A stretch of DNA of 64,000 bases from Paragordius varius. Its lineage: Eukaryota; Animalia; Nematomorpha. The notes under the pieces were generated by a model. It saw only the letters and a program-made list of their open reading frames with translations, had not been told where the DNA came from and made no database searches. This document shows, piece after piece, positions 49,948 through 64,000 of the stretch (within the stretch, counting starts at the first letter, position 1; the number at the start of each line of letters is the position of its first letter). Location of the stretch: assembly GCA_964247055.1 (NCBI GenBank), contig OZ176057.1, forward strand, positions 5,394,001-5,458,000. Reading direction: 5' to 3'. Position numbers and translations under genes: made by a program.

Positions 49948-50340
49948 ACCATTTACAGTTCAAATTCACCCTTGAACAATTCAAATTCACTCTCGAACAA
50001 TTCAAATTCACCCTTAAACAATTCAAATTCACCTTTGAACAATTCAAATTCACCCTAAAAATAAATTATGTATTTTCGAATTAATATAACTTATTATTAA
50101 TATGAAATATATGTTTATGTTATAGTTTATTATTTTTTCAGTATTATTTTAATTTAAAACAAAATTTTTATTTTTTAAAATATATAAAAATATTGGTAAT
50201 TTTTAATCTTAAAAAACATATATTTTATTTGAGGGTGAATTTGAATTGTTCGAGGGTGAATTTGAATTGTTTAAGGGTGATTTTGAATTGTTCAAGGGTG
50301 AATTTGAAATGTTTAAGGGTGAAATTGAATTGTAAATGGT
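49948..50340. mobile_element. Foldback-like MITE with TIRs built of tandem 21-bp repeats, inserted in a (TA)n tract
   Basis: Ends are ACCATTTAC...GTAAATGGT, with about 5 copies of (GAACAATTCAAATTCACCCTT) in each arm in opposite orientation. The homologous site is empty in U1 (~1810-1840) and U2 (~25905-25920). Confidence 0.85.
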
Positions 50341-50702
50341 ATATATAAAATATGATATCAGTTATTTAAATAATTGGCAAAAAACAACCATACATTTTAA
50401 ACATTGCAAAGTAGGAAATATTCATGTAAATTGTTAGCTCATCATATAAGTACATTACAATTTTCATTTTTTTTCACTATATATATTTATTGCGTTAAAT
50501 AAATTTCGTGAATTTGTTCGATAAGGGCAAGTTAATTAAACAACTTAAAAAACCAGGATTGTAATAACATAAATTAATAAGCTAAATAATATAAATTTAT
50601 TTATTTTCTGTTAAATATTTCACAAATATTTATATCATATCACATAAATAACTCAGTTTATTTTTATGTAAAAGACGTGTTTTAAACCAAGATTAGAAAA
50701 TG

Positions 50703-52438
50703 CTACAAAATATCCATGCAAATTATAGCCTTTCGATGACCAGAATATTCTTTAACACCTATAGTTTTAAAGGCGTCTCCAGAATTCAGTAATTTCCAAA
50801 GCCTGGCTTTCCCGTCACTGCAAGCTAAAAATAAGAGAAAAATCACGTAAAAATAGTTATAGAAGAAAAATTAATAAATACTAAGTCTTTAGAACCGTGG
50901 ACCAAAAAAAAGATGGTTATAAAAGATTATATTTTTAGTGTTTTTAATTTAATTACAAGGTTGGTAATAACCTTATTTTATTATATGTTTTCTATTTTAT
51001 TTAGTAAAATATTTATATATTAAAACCATAAAAATAAAACCGTTTTGTCCGAAAGCTTTTCGATAAAAAATCGTAAAAAACAGAGTAAAAAGGACTTTAG
51101 AACAACAAAAACCTTTTGTTTGACTCTCAATAATCTGTAAGCAAATTCTAAAAGGGAAAGAAAAATATAATTTAAAACCAACCAGTTAATAAATATCTGT
51201 AAGATGTAAGAATTTTTCCATGAGCGCTATTCATATTATAATGTTTATTGATTTTGGCATCCAAATTTAAATCAGCAGGCATGGAAAATTCTGAACTTAG
51301 GAATCGCAAACACCAAACCCATTTATTAACAGCTGGGTGTTCTAATTTCCAACATGCTAGTAATATTATTATTATAATAATGTAAAAATAATTATTTTCC
51401 CTTTTTTTAGCAATGGTAAAAGATTTAGAAACTAATTACCCATTCTTATGAAGAAAAAAAAATAAAATTGAAGTAAAATATAATTATTTTTTTAAAAATA
51501 TACATAATAAATATCGTCAACTATAAAAAAAAATTAAAACATATCCGTACGAATTATTCTACTACCCGCCTATATATAAATTTGCAATCTAAATATACCA
51601 TTTAGACATCAAATTTACCATGGAACAATTCAATTTACCCTAAAATAAATTATGTGTTCTTTTAAGATTAAAAATTACCTATTATTTGTTTTAAATTTTG
51701 TTTGTAATTTAAATAATACTAAAAAAATAATAAACTATTCGCCATAAAGATATGTTTCATATAAATGATGAGTTATATTAGCTGACCGAAAACACATCAT
51801 TTATTTTTAGGGTAAATTTGAATTGTTCAAGGGTAATTATAAATTTTAAATGGTATATTAAACGATTAATTAACTAAATTATATGTTCTATATCAAAAGA
51901 ACAAGGTTAGAAATTACTTCCATTGGCTTATTATCAAAGCCCAAAAATTAGCTCGTGTAATATTTAAAAAAATATAAATACAAATTATATATACATAATC
52001 TTAGTGGTAATTTATTATTTCAGGTTGTTTCATGGTTACGTCTTTTCAATTTTGGCAATCAAGTAGTAAAAATTGATAATAAATGGATGGTATATCGTAA
52101 ATTCATTACAGTATAGCCCATTTATTTTGGCAATTTTATGAATATATTTCAATTCCAAATATCGTAAAATATATACATCAAAACTTATATATATATATAA
52201 ATTTACGGAGAAAATGTAAAAATATAACAAATTTTTTTCTTCAAAAGACAACCCCAACTTTTTTAAAGCCTAATTTATCTTATTAAAACCATTTAATAGC
52301 AATCGTAAAATATGTCATTGATTGTGTTACCACAATATACGTCTCTATTTTATAATTTAAATTTTAAAACAATCAGTTATATTTAAAAAAATAAAGGTTT
52401 AAAAAGTATGGGGTTGTCTTTTAGAAAAGAATATTTGT

Positions 52439-52472
<34 letters not shown>

Positions 52473-55206
52473 GTTTGTGTATATAATGATTTAAAAAAGA
52501 GCATACAAAGAATTCGACGTAAAAATAAATCAACATATCAAGGCTAATTTTAACAAAAATTAAAAAAATAATTTTTTAAAAAAACGGTTAATCTAAAGTT
52601 TAGAATCAAGTTAAAATTATGTATTTATTCAAGAACCATTTTATAATTTCAAATCAAAATATTCTTAAACCTTATATTTCCAAAATTTAATTTATGGTTA
52701 AATTAAACAAAATGTTTGCTGGCTACATATTTTACCTTGATTTTGAGATAACCTTTCTTTGAAACTTTCATCGTGAATGTTTGAATTCTCAAAAGTATTT
52801 CTCCATACTAAAGTTTGGCCTTTATCCGTACAAGTTGCTACATATCTAAAATAATAATACAGTAAAAATAAAGACAAAAACGTACGAAAAACCCTTCATT
52901 ATAAGCTCTCTATCGCTTTGAGTTACAAATTAATAAGAGAGATGTAAATTGTTAATAATATATTATTTCTATTTCACAATCTTAATCGTAGACCAACAAA
53001 GTCCTATTGCTATAACGTATTCGCAATCTTGGCTGGGCCATAAAAGTGCGTCGACGACAAAAGACAGTTTTCTAATGATTTTGGACATGTGTGTTACGTT
53101 AAAAATTGCCTCAAATAACCATAAAATATAAATATTATGAATATAAACTTTGTAATATGAAAACTCAGAACAAAAGCCTTACCCTTGATAACAATCTTAA
53201 TCATGATGGTTATATGAAATTAATCAAATGATCAAAATATAGCTCTCTAAATAAATAAATATGTCTTTTAGTAATATTGCTTTATAATTTAATGGTTACT
53301 TAAATGATAAAAATATCAGAAATTTGTAAAAATAAACAAGCTTAAAAGTGTTTTTTCTAGAATTTTGGACTTTTACAAAAACCAAAAAAAGTAATTTCCA
53401 AAATTAAACAAAATAACTTTGCATCAGGTGAAAATGTACAATTCAATACGTATTGGTTCATTTGTTCCGTCTTGCTTTGGAAACAATGTTGATTCGTATT
53501 AAAATTATCAAAGCTTTGTAGTAATAAATTACCATTATCATCATTACAATGTAAAACTTCGTCGTCCGAAGTTGGCCCATCACTGTTTACAATATCCTTC
53601 TTATTTTGACTTATTTGGGCAAAATTTTCACCGCTCTTTTTATCTAATAAAGCGATTAAACTTTTTGTTAATATTGTCAACGAGAACAAATATTTTATGT
53701 TAAAATAATAGAGTGAATTCTTGTAAAAGATATTATTAAATTAAACTATATCCAAAATATTCGAATGGATTAAGTAAAACAAAAAGAAAATAATTATAAT
53801 AAGATACACATTGAAAAAGATACCATGTATCAAAAATTTTGGATATAGCTTAATTTAATATCTTTTACGAGAATTCTCAAATTATTATTTTATTAAACTT
53901 TTTGAGTTTGAGTTTGATTCAGATTCGGAGAAACCAACAGTTATTTGATGTTGGGGCGAGCCAATACATTTTAGCGGAGTGCAAAATTCATACATACGGA
54001 GTTGAAGTGATTTATGAAGTGCCATATATAACACATTGGGAAGACACGTCCTAAGTCCACCATTGTAGGACAAGGTTGAGGAATGTGGTGATTTTTTCAA
54101 CGATCTTATATGATGGCGATTAGTATCTTGGCTAACATTCAAATTTAGGTTAAATAAGTTGTTTGCCATGATATTATTAGTGTTGTTGTAATTTAGGGTG
54201 TTTGGATGACCAGTTTGATTTTCATTTTCTAAGGGTATTTTTAGTAAATTAAAATTATTTATATATACACCTCTCTATCTGACAAAACAAATAAAAAGTA
54301 ACATATTAATATATTTTGTTGTAAAGAAAACCATAAATTCAAGGATTTTTTTTCTATAACATATAATTACAAAATAAAACTATGTTTTCCCAATTTACAA
54401 GTCTATTTTAATTTCAAAACCTAATACAAAATTTTAGATTTTTAAGGGAATCAACGTTACAAAAATATTTGTATTATAAATAATAATGGTTTTATGTGCT
54501 TTGCCTTTATTGAATATTTCAATTTTTATACTTCTGATGGTAACAAATAGATAAAATTTAATATTAAATTTAACATAAAATTTTATAATCTTTATCCATT
54601 ATATTTTAGTAAAAATCAATGCAACTTTAAAAAAAATTAAAAGATGGTCAAAAATAAATTTAACATACAGAAAAAATATACGAATTAAACGTAAAAATAT
54701 AAAAATTATTTTTTTAAAGACAGCCATTTTAAAACCTTAATTTTTCTCACATATAAGTTAGGGTTGGAATTATTTAGGCTTATGATGGGATTTACATTGT
54801 TTTTGATGTTTGTTATATCATAGACTCGTATATATTTGTAACCTATATAGAAATTATTTGATGTGGAAAATATGATTTTAAATTTTATTATAATCAAACA
54901 AATAAAATATAATTGTATAGTTTAATTTATTTAAAAGTTACAAAAAGCCACTTAAATAGATGTTTTAACAAATTTAAAGCAATTACCTAAAGCAGCCAGA
55001 TATTTTTCGTCTGCCGAAAAAGAAATATTGTTAACTTGCTAAATAATTTAGATTATTAATTATAAATATATATTTAAAGAAAAATATAAATTTTTTGATA
55101 TTACTGATTCCGGATGCTGTAAGGTGCAAAATGATGGATTGGAATCCCCGATTTTTAATAATCTCATTGAATAATCATAGCCAGTCGTAGCAAAAAATTT
55201 TACCAT
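50703..55206 (-). CDS. LST8: LST8, unit 3 (chimeric copy; ~1-kb insertion in an intron)
   Basis: Exons 55206-55105, 55038-54987 and 54842-54751 match U2. Exon 54228-53935 (294 nt) and the downstream exons are in frame and closer to U1. TAG stop at 50703-50705. Confidence 0.85.
51597..51854. mobile_element. Related MITE with short TIRs, inside a ~1-kb U3-specific intronic insertion (~51535-52560)
   Basis: ACCATTT..GAACAATTCAATTTACCCTAAAATAAAT ... ATTTATTTTTAGGGTAAATTTGAATTGTTC..AAATGGT. Confidence 0.75.
52150..52490. repeat. Inverted repeat within the U3 intronic insertion
   Basis: AAAAGACAACCCCA..CTTTTTAAA (~52243) versus TTTAAAAAG..TGGGGTTGTCTTTT (~52398), each flanked outward by (TA)n. 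Confidence 0.6.
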
Positions 55207-55891
55207 TTCAGTATGAGTATAAATATTGCGAATTTTTTCCACATATTTCATATGAGATACGATAACCGCTGAGAATACTGCTGAGCAAGATATAACAAAA
55301 CAAAAGCTTAATTTCCAAATTTTCATGGGTTTTTTTAAAACGAAAAACAGGTAAAATTTTTATTCAGCTTCTTATAATGTTTTATAAAAATCAAAGTTTC
55401 AAAGGTAATAGGGTTAAGTGTTACTTTTTAGTTTTAATTGAGGTTGTTCCAAAGGATTCATTAAATTAAAAAAATCCAAAAATTTTCATAATTGTGATTG
55501 CGTCCACTTACACAAATAACCAATCTACAATATAGTTTATATTTGTATTAAATCAAGAACAAAATTTTATTTTATTTGGTATTTCTTAATAAATCAAAGT
55601 TTCAATTTAATAATTGGTAAATGAGGTTCGTACAAAGGAATTATTAAATAAAAGGAAAAATTTTCATAATTGTGATTGCGTCGACTTACAAAAATACAAT
55701 CTACAAGATGTTTTATATTTTTTGGAGTATAAAGTTTAAAAATGATATAAATTTAAATTTTATGTTGTATATATGTTAGTAACACTATAGAAAGGCAATA
55801 TTTTTACATTTCGTTTAAGATTTACTATATTATAATATTTCTTATTTCTAAAGAGTCAGACCGCAGTTTTTTTATTTTTTACGGTCAACAC

Positions 55892-56688
55892 CTAACCCAA
55901 CCTTATATATCTACATATGTAAAGCATACCAGTAATGAGATTGAAAGCATCATGAGATAGTAATGTTCTCATATAATTATCAGATTTTTGAGCAGCTACG
56001 TTGTTTGCAACACTTGAATTATTTATTAAATGGTTATTTCTTTGTTTCGATAAATTCTCCATGCCGTTATCTCCGATATTCGACGGTGTGTTTTCAGTTT
56101 TTATACATTTGCAGGCTAATCGAAGCCCTAAAAGAACTGCAGGATCAAATTGTGTGAAACAAAGCCATTGTCTTAATCTTAATCGCGTGGAAAAAATGTC
56201 AGTTAACATTGAATGTCGTACATTATGTTTTAAATAAGTCAGATTTTTGTTGGGTGGAAAAACTTTGCGAGGGTCAACGCTGTAAAATTCTTTTAAAACG
56301 TCATTCCTTAAATGACTAGGTATTGATATTTGTTGTGTTGTTTTAGCTAAGAAAGGTGTATCATCACCAATTATGTACATAGCTTTTATGAAAAACTTTC
56401 CGTGTTTCTTAGTATTTAGTTGTGTAGATTCTTTACCAATATCTTCCTGCATCAATTCACATGCAATAGAGGGGATACTTTGCGTTGATCTCAAGGGATA
56501 ATTGAATGTATTTGTTGTTTGAACCAGTTTACGGGTTGATTAAAAGTTTCATTGTACATATTATAAGATATTGGCCGTTCATCTGACAAAAAATCTTCAG
56601 TCGGGGTACTATAATGTGTGTAATGATCAAAAAATTCAAATTTTTCTGGTTGTTCGTCAATATAACTTTCTTGGTTACATTGTGCCAT
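55892..56688 (-). CDS. Identical copy of the orphan gene at 31657-32453
   Basis: Same translation in the ORF track, offset 24235. Confidence 0.6.
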
Positions 56689-57742
56689 GCTGTTCACTTC
56701 CAAATCAAGGCAAAATACTAAATAAACTTTAGAAAACTACCTAAATTTTGCCCTTGACATAAGATATCCATTTTAAAATAATTAAAACCTCGTCTCAAAT
56801 ATTTATCTGACATAAGTGAATATGTGAGTTTCATGTGCAAGCTTTTCACCTGGATAAGTTGATAATTTTTTTAAATTATATTCCGATTGCTAAAAATATA
56901 AAACAATAATTGCATATAAGTTTTCCATTTAAATATATTTTTATATATTAAAAGGCAAATTCGGGTTTTTTACCATTTATACGATTTTCAAATGTTTTTG
57001 TAATATTGCGTCCAAATTATTATAGTAATTTTTTTTGAAATAGTAGGTTATCTTCAACTTGTTATAAGCATTTGCAAAGTCACTTAAATTTAAATATATT
57101 GAGCAAAATCTTATAGTTTAGTGTATATATATTACATTAAAATTTGCTTCCAAATTTTATATCATAGTAAAAGCACATAAATTAAAAAATGCAAGTTGTT
57201 ATTATATTTTATAAAGATTGAAAATATAATTTTGTTAGTAAAATTATTGTTTGATACAAAGATTTTATTTTCCGTAATCTATACAATAATTAGTATAAAA
57301 TTTTGATATGGCAACTTTATTTCAATTTAGTAATATGCATGAAAATATTTTAACTGATATATTAATTGATTTAAATATCTGCTATTAGGCTTAAACTTGA
57401 CCAAATATTTATGGGAAAAATTCGCGAGGACCGTAGCCAAATAATTACAGCAAATCAAAAATAGCAATGTTATCAACTGCCAAATATTTAACATTAGGGT
57501 GCAATTTTTAAAAGAGCTTAAACTTTATTAAACAATATTATATCCAATTCTCTTTAACTTATTTAATAAACTTGCAAAATTGCATCACCATATCCTTAAA
57601 GACTAATATTTTGTCTCGCAACTCTCTTATGTCTCTGCTATATTTTTTAAAAATACAAAAATATACTTTTTATATTGGTCTGAAAGCTTATATAAATTTT
57701 TATAAACATTTTTTAAATTCTATTGCTTGAATATATTTGAAT

Positions 57743-59858
57743 GAAATGCGTGGGTCTCGGCCTGCTTCGCAGCCCGAGGAAGTCCTGCGGACTTCTTTAA
57801 GAAAATGAACCAACTCCAATCCCTCACCCTAACCCTAGCCCAAACTCGAAATCCTTAATGTACTTTACCCGCGTTTGAAAAATAAAAATTTTGTTTAATC
57901 AAAAACCTTTTATCTATACAAAGGATATATTGGGTAAATTCTTTACACATAATAAATTGATAGTTATAATAAATTAATTTACCAATTAATAAATTTAAGT
58001 TATACGTTAAAATATATCCATTCCTAAATTATATTTTATTAAAATTACTCATATTGTTGTCAAAATAAATATACCTTGAAAATTTAGCATTTTGTTACAT
58101 ATGAAAACTGGAAATTAACATTGAACATAACTCATTATAATTTTACACCTTGAATTTTAACTTAGAGTATTTAGCTTTTTGACATATATAATTTATATAT
58201 CTCCCTATACATAAATAATTTAGTAATATTTATAAACGAATTTCTACTTTTAAACCATAAGTGGTCTGGTTTGGAACAAACATCCTCATTTCAAAAAATA
58301 AATTTTACCAATAAATCAAAATAAAAAATTACCCTTATATGTAATATAAACATTTTTAAATTTAAGAACTAATCAAAAAAAGCAGATATTAATATTGAAA
58401 TAGCAGGTTAAGTATTAAGCAAAATTCGGTCCTAAAAAATATATAATAATTTATTTCTTACAGCTAGAAAACTGTTTTATCCATAGCTCTTTTTTACTTA
58501 AACTAACTCAGATCTGGTAATAATAAATTAAGACTTTTTCCTAACTACTATTATCAAACACATTTTGCTTAAGTTAAGTTCAAAATTCTTCGTGAGATAA
58601 GTCTTATTTAACATAAATATACTATTAAATATATATATAGTTTGGTTATGAACTACTAGCATTTTTTTATAAATATATATAGGAAACTTATATTTTAATT
58701 ATTACAAAACCAATAATTTTAAAACGAAATGCGTGGGTCTCGGTCTGCTTCGCAGCCCGAGGAAGTCCTGCGGACTTCTTTAAGAAAATGAACCAACTCC
58801 AATCCATCACCCTAACCCTAGCCCACAAACTCGAAATCCTTAAAGTAGTTTAACCGCGTTCGAAAAATTAAAATTTTCTTTAATCAAAAATTATTTTTGT
58901 TTAAAGGATATATTAGGTAAATTTTATACATATAGTAAATTGATAGTTAAAATAAAAATTAAAATCAGTTACCGAAAAATAATTATAAATTTGACATTAA
59001 AACATATCCTTACCTAATTTATATTTAATTTCAAAAATTAACCTTATTGTTTTCAGTAAAAACTATGCCATAAAAATTTAGCATTTCACATAAATGCTTT
59101 TTAAACTGCAAATTAACATTGAAAATAATTTATTATAAGTTTTAACCTTGATTAGATATTATAACTTATAGTATTGCGATAGTTTGTTATTCAGAATTCA
59201 TATTTCTCCCTCAAAACAATTTTAATTTACAAATATTTTGAAAATAATATATGCTGCATATTTATAATATAATGTACATAGTTATTAGTAATATTTATAA
59301 ATGAATTTCAACTTTTAAACCATAAGTGGTCTGGTTTGGAACAAATCCTTATTTCAAAAAATAAATTTTTTAATTAAGTATCAAAATAAATTAAATATTT
59401 TTAAATACGAGAATGAATCAAATAAAAAAGATAAAATTAATATTGAATTAGCAGGAAATATTAAGCAATCGGTACTAAAAAATATATAATATAATATTTC
59501 TTAGAACTAGATAAATGTTTTATATATCCCTCTTTTTTACTGAAACTAACTCAGATCTATAACTTTTAGTCAAATAATTAACTCAAAATTATTCGTCCTC
59601 CCGAACACATTTTGCTTGGGTTAAGATTAAAATTCTTCTTAAGACAAGTCTTATTTAACATAAATGTACCATTAAATATGTATAGTTTAGTTATAAATTA
59701 CCAACATTTTTTTCATAAATATAGATAAGGTACCTTCAAATTATAATTACAAAACCAATATATTTTAACAGGAAATGCATGGGTCTCGGTCTGCTTCGCG
59801 AAAATGAACCAACTCCAATCCCTCACCCTAACCCTGGCCCACAAACTTGAAAACCCTT
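57743..59858 (+). mobile_element. Left cluster (U3): 57743-57857, 58726-58842, 59772-59858
   Basis: Matches the U2 cluster at offset 24235. Confidence 0.8.
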
Positions 59859-61504
59859 ATATAATTCTATCTGTGTATATTTAAATAATTGACAACCATA
59901 TAACCAAAATTTTAGTTCGGTTTTACAATTTTAGAGTATAATGATGAATGCTTATTGTTGAAAAAGTCTTCCAGATAAAAATATTAATTACCTTGTTTCA
60001 AAAACGATAGGAACTAATATTAATTCATGCTTGTTAATCATAAAACCATTCAATATTATCGCATTTTGCCCAACTCCTTTATTAAAATAGATGGAATTAG
60101 TTTAAATTTAGTTTAGGTTTCATTAATTAATAATTGATAAATTTTCATAAATAACTGATTATTAAGTTACTTATTTCCATATAGTATAAAAACATTTTTA
60201 ACTCTTAAAGTATATGTCATAATATTTGATTAATTTTAATGATTTATTCATTAAAATAAAAGTCAACGTTTGGAATTAATCTTTTTAACAAGTAGTTAAT
60301 GATTACTGGAATATACAAGAATCGATATTATATTAAATAAAAGTTAAATTAAATCTTAATATTTATAACTTATTTTGAGGAAAATTTAAACCTAGATCGC
60401 TTGAAATCTTAATAGACCGAAATTGAAATAAACTAATTTCCTTATATATATTAAACCAAATGTTTAATAATCTAGAATTAGTTCTAGAGGTAATAATTTT
60501 TTTAAATAATTAATAATTTGTTTGTTTTAGATATGCTAATAATCAGCCCATATTTGAAACATATTGCCAATTAAATTTAAAGTTTTAAAAATAAAATTGC
60601 AGATATAGAAATATAATAATAATTAGCTACAATTTTATTAGAATTAATTATGTTCTAAATTATTTTTGAGATGTTTAGAATATCAAACTTATTACGTAAT
60701 AATTTATTAATTACAATAATTTAAAATATTTTTTAGATTAATAAAATTATTATTTAATACCTAATATATATAAAATTATTTAAGAATTATTTCAGACAAT
60801 TTAATTAGAAATAATTTTGTGTAAATTCATTTTGAATCTAAAACTTATTACGTAATAATTTAATAAACTACATATATATAGTTGATTTATTAACAATATA
60901 GAATTAAATTTATTAATAATATATGTTAAAATTATTTGAGACAATCTAATTAAAATTAATTATATTCTAAATTATTTTTGATATATTTTTAATCTATAAC
61001 TTATCATGTAATAAACATAATATAATCTAAAATATTTCCTAAATATATATAATTAAATTTATTTAATCCCTAATAAATATATATATATATATTTTTAAAT
61101 TATTTAAATTATTTTAAACTTAAATTTCTTTTTTCACAAATTTATTAATTTATTTACTTGTTACTTTATTTTGTTTATTCCAATATTCCCTTAATCCTAA
61201 ATACTAAGACATATGTATACTGAATGATACACATAAAAATATTTAACATTGTAATATTGCACATAAAAGGGGGGGATAAAATAAAATGTATGTGAAACAA
61301 TGTTGCACAACACATAATAAACAAAAACAAGAGAAGGGAAATAAAGTGTACGTGCGCGATTTTTCTAGAAGGGGGGAGAAAAGGCATGCAAATGCGAACA
61401 CATTGTTTAAGATGCACGTGTTCTTTCTTCCCCCCCCCCCTACACATATATAAAGACAAAAAATATTTTTAATTTTATTTTTTTAAATTCTTTTTTGCAA
61501 ATTT

Positions 61505-64000
61505 ACATTTGTTGGATAGAATGTATTCCAGTGCTTTTCCTCTTATGCAATTCAATGTATTGCCAACATGGATGGATTATTTTATCATTAAAGTAAAATT
61601 TAATTCTATTTAATTTTAGATTACACTCAATATGCAAATCAAACAGGAAATGGTGAAACCGATTATATTTTAAATGATTTCCGGTAAATAAATTTGTTAT
61701 TAATTATAGATTAAGATTAATTCAAAGTTTAAAGAACAATGTACAGTGAAAACATGTTGAGACTGATTGTGTAACCGAAATGGGAAATTGAACTATTGCC
61801 ATTTAGCCTAATTAATTCTGGTAAGTTTCGCATGTTTTGTCTATTTCATTTAAAATACTTTGTTAGATGGCATTAAAATATGTTCAGAGTAGAAGAACAC
61901 TATTATTGATTGCCTTAAAAAGTTAAGAGATGTTTTTATATTTTCTTGCTTTTGCCCAAAAAATTGGTTATATCTTGGAAATTTTTAACAATGTCTCTAG
62001 ATTTTATTAATTTACTCTACTTGTAAGAATAAATGGCTAATAATTGTTACATATTTCTACGAATTTTTTTAAATTTATTTTTTCGATAAAGGAAGTTAAC
62101 CTAAAAAGGTTAACACATGTTACCATTTTTATTGAGGAGTTTTCTCGATTAATTATAATTTTTTTAATTTACTCTACTTGTACAAATAGATGGCTTATAA
62201 TTTAACATAATTTTATTTTTCTTTTGGAAACTTAAATAATTTTTTCGATATAGGAAGTTAACCTAAAAAGGTGAACACATGTTACCATTTATATTGAGTA
62301 TTTTTTCTGGAAATTTTTAACAATGTCTAGATTTTTTTAATTTACTCTACTTGTAAGAATTAATGGCAATAATTATTACATATTTTTAGCAATTTTTAAT
62401 CTTGTAAACTTTTAAATTTTATTATTTTTTGTTAAGGGAAGTTTAACTAAAAAGTTTAACACATGTTACCATTTATATTGAGGCGTATATTATAGCAGCA
62501 CTGCAAGTATCCACCTAAAGAAGAACCAAATAAATGTCTATTTATTACATTATTTATATTGAATTGGTGAATAGTTTTTTATTCTTGGAAATTGTTTCTG
62601 TTTTGTTTAATTTTGTTTCAGCGTGTTGAATAATAATTTTCTTTACCTAAGAAAATCAATTTATACTTGTTAAATATAAAATATTTTAGAAATGAATTTC
62701 TTTATTTAAAAAATCACCAGAATTAAAAAATTTTGAAAAAAAATAAATAAAAATTATTTGAAATGCTAAATCTTATGAAGTTGTTAAGAATGTTCAAAAG
62801 TGTTAAAAAATTTCTAAAAACAATTTTCGAAAACTCTTGTAAACCCAATTTTTTACTCTAAAATGGCTCTAAAATTCTTTTAAAAATAAAAGAATGTTAA
62901 AAAGTATTAAAACTTCCTAATCTAATATCCCTAATATTTCTTGAAACGAAGTCCTGAACTTAAAAAAGCGGTAAAATTCCTTAAATTTTTTTAGCGCTAA
63001 ATTTTTAACTTCTAGAAAAGCAGTAAAATGACTAAAAACCGGTAGGATTATTTAAGAACTTTTTTCAAAGGCAAAAATTACCTAAAGATTTAAAAAATGG
63101 CAAATAATCTTTTAAAAAAACGCTAAAATTCTTCCTAAGGTCAAAAATGCCAAAATTCTTTAAAAAAGCGTAAATTTTATTTTTAAATTTACAAACTGCG
63201 AAAATTTCCTAAAAAACCGATATTTATCGTTAAAAACCGCTAAAATTCTAAAAAGGCTAAAACTCTTTATTATTCGCAAAGGACAAAAATTACTTTTAAT
63301 TCTAAAGCAGTAAAAATCTTTAGACTAATATCTCTAAAAATCATCTGAAGAGGCTAATTTTCCAAAACCTATTAGACTCCTTTAAAAAATTATGATTTTT
63401 TAAATCTAATAAACAAGCGATGAAATTTAAAAACAGCCTAAAACTCTAGAAAACGCCGAATCTTTAAATTTTAAAATTTTTTAAAAATGGCAATTTCATT
63501 TTTAAATTTTATAATTTTTTAAAAACCATTTAAATTCTTTGAAAAGCGATATTTAATTGTTCATTTCTCTAAAAAAAGTAGAAAATTGCTTTAAATTCGC
63601 TAAAATGGCTGAAATTGTTTAACAACCGCTAAAACATTCTAAAAATCGTTAAAATTTTCTAAAACTCCTTAAAAACCGCTAAAACACTTTAAAACTCGCT
63701 AAAAACTCTTTAAGAAGCGCTAGAATTTTTAAAAATTGCTAAAAAAAATTTTAATTAAAAAAACGCGCTGAAATTCGCTAAAAATTGCTAAATTTTTTAA
63801 ATCCGCTCAAAATCTCTTAAACAACCGCTAAAATTGTTTAAACAAGCATAAATATTCTTTTTAAATCCAAAAAATCGCTTGAAATTTCCTAAAAACCGCT
63901 AAAATTTTCCAAAAACCGCTAAAACTATCTAAAAAGTCTATTTCTTTAAAATTATTCTTAAAACCGCTAAAATTTTTAGAAAAATTGATAAAACTCCTTT
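61505..64000 (+). ncRNA. 5' part of satellite-host gene, unit 3
   Basis: Matches 37270-39765 at offset 24235. Confidence 0.5.
62785..64000. repeat. Degenerate start of satellite C, unit 3
   Basis: Matches 38550-39765. Confidence 0.9.

Larger units (their letters stand above)
48165..64000. repeat. ~24-kb tandem unit 3 (truncated by window end)
   Basis: 54707-64000 aligns with 30472-39765 at a constant offset of 24235 (ORFs 31657/55892, 32256/56491, 36940/61175; last bases match 39761-39765). Confidence 0.95.

Noticed and set aside
49899-50084. ORF with repeated EQFKFTL peptide
   Set aside because: It is the translation of the 21-bp MITE terminal repeats.

Overview
Very AT-rich eukaryotic DNA that uses the standard genetic code and has many very short introns (23-28 nt), so probably a genome-reduced parasite. 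A myxozoan cnidarian is a guess, not a call. The window is a head-to-tail array of about 24-kb units, delimited here at a poly-C tract: U1 58-24171, U2 24172-48164, U3 48165->64000. The sequence at 1-57 implies another unit to the left. Each unit has four parts. (i) A GC-rich head with two conserved hairpins and two apparent 17-nt GT-AG introns on the minus strand. (ii) A fragmentary plus-strand spliced ORF. (iii) A multi-exon minus-strand LST8 (TOR-complex WD40) gene, pseudogenised in U1 and apparently intact in U2 and U3; U2 and U3 also carry an orphan gene upstream of it. (iv) A TATA-driven spliced transcription unit with conserved splice sites but no conserved reading frame, whose introns hold kilobases of 17-, 20- and ~32-bp satellites. 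Part (iv) is bracketed by clusters of a ~110-bp element made of a double hairpin plus degenerate telomere repeat. All left copies are on the plus strand and all right copies on the minus strand, so the telomere-like tracts face outward like the two ends of a linear minichromosome. U2 and U3 align at a constant 24235-bp offset from about 30472 onward; upstream of that they are mosaic. No rRNA, tRNA, CRISPR, transposase or viral hallmark genes were recognised. All protein similarities are by-eye recollection, not database results.
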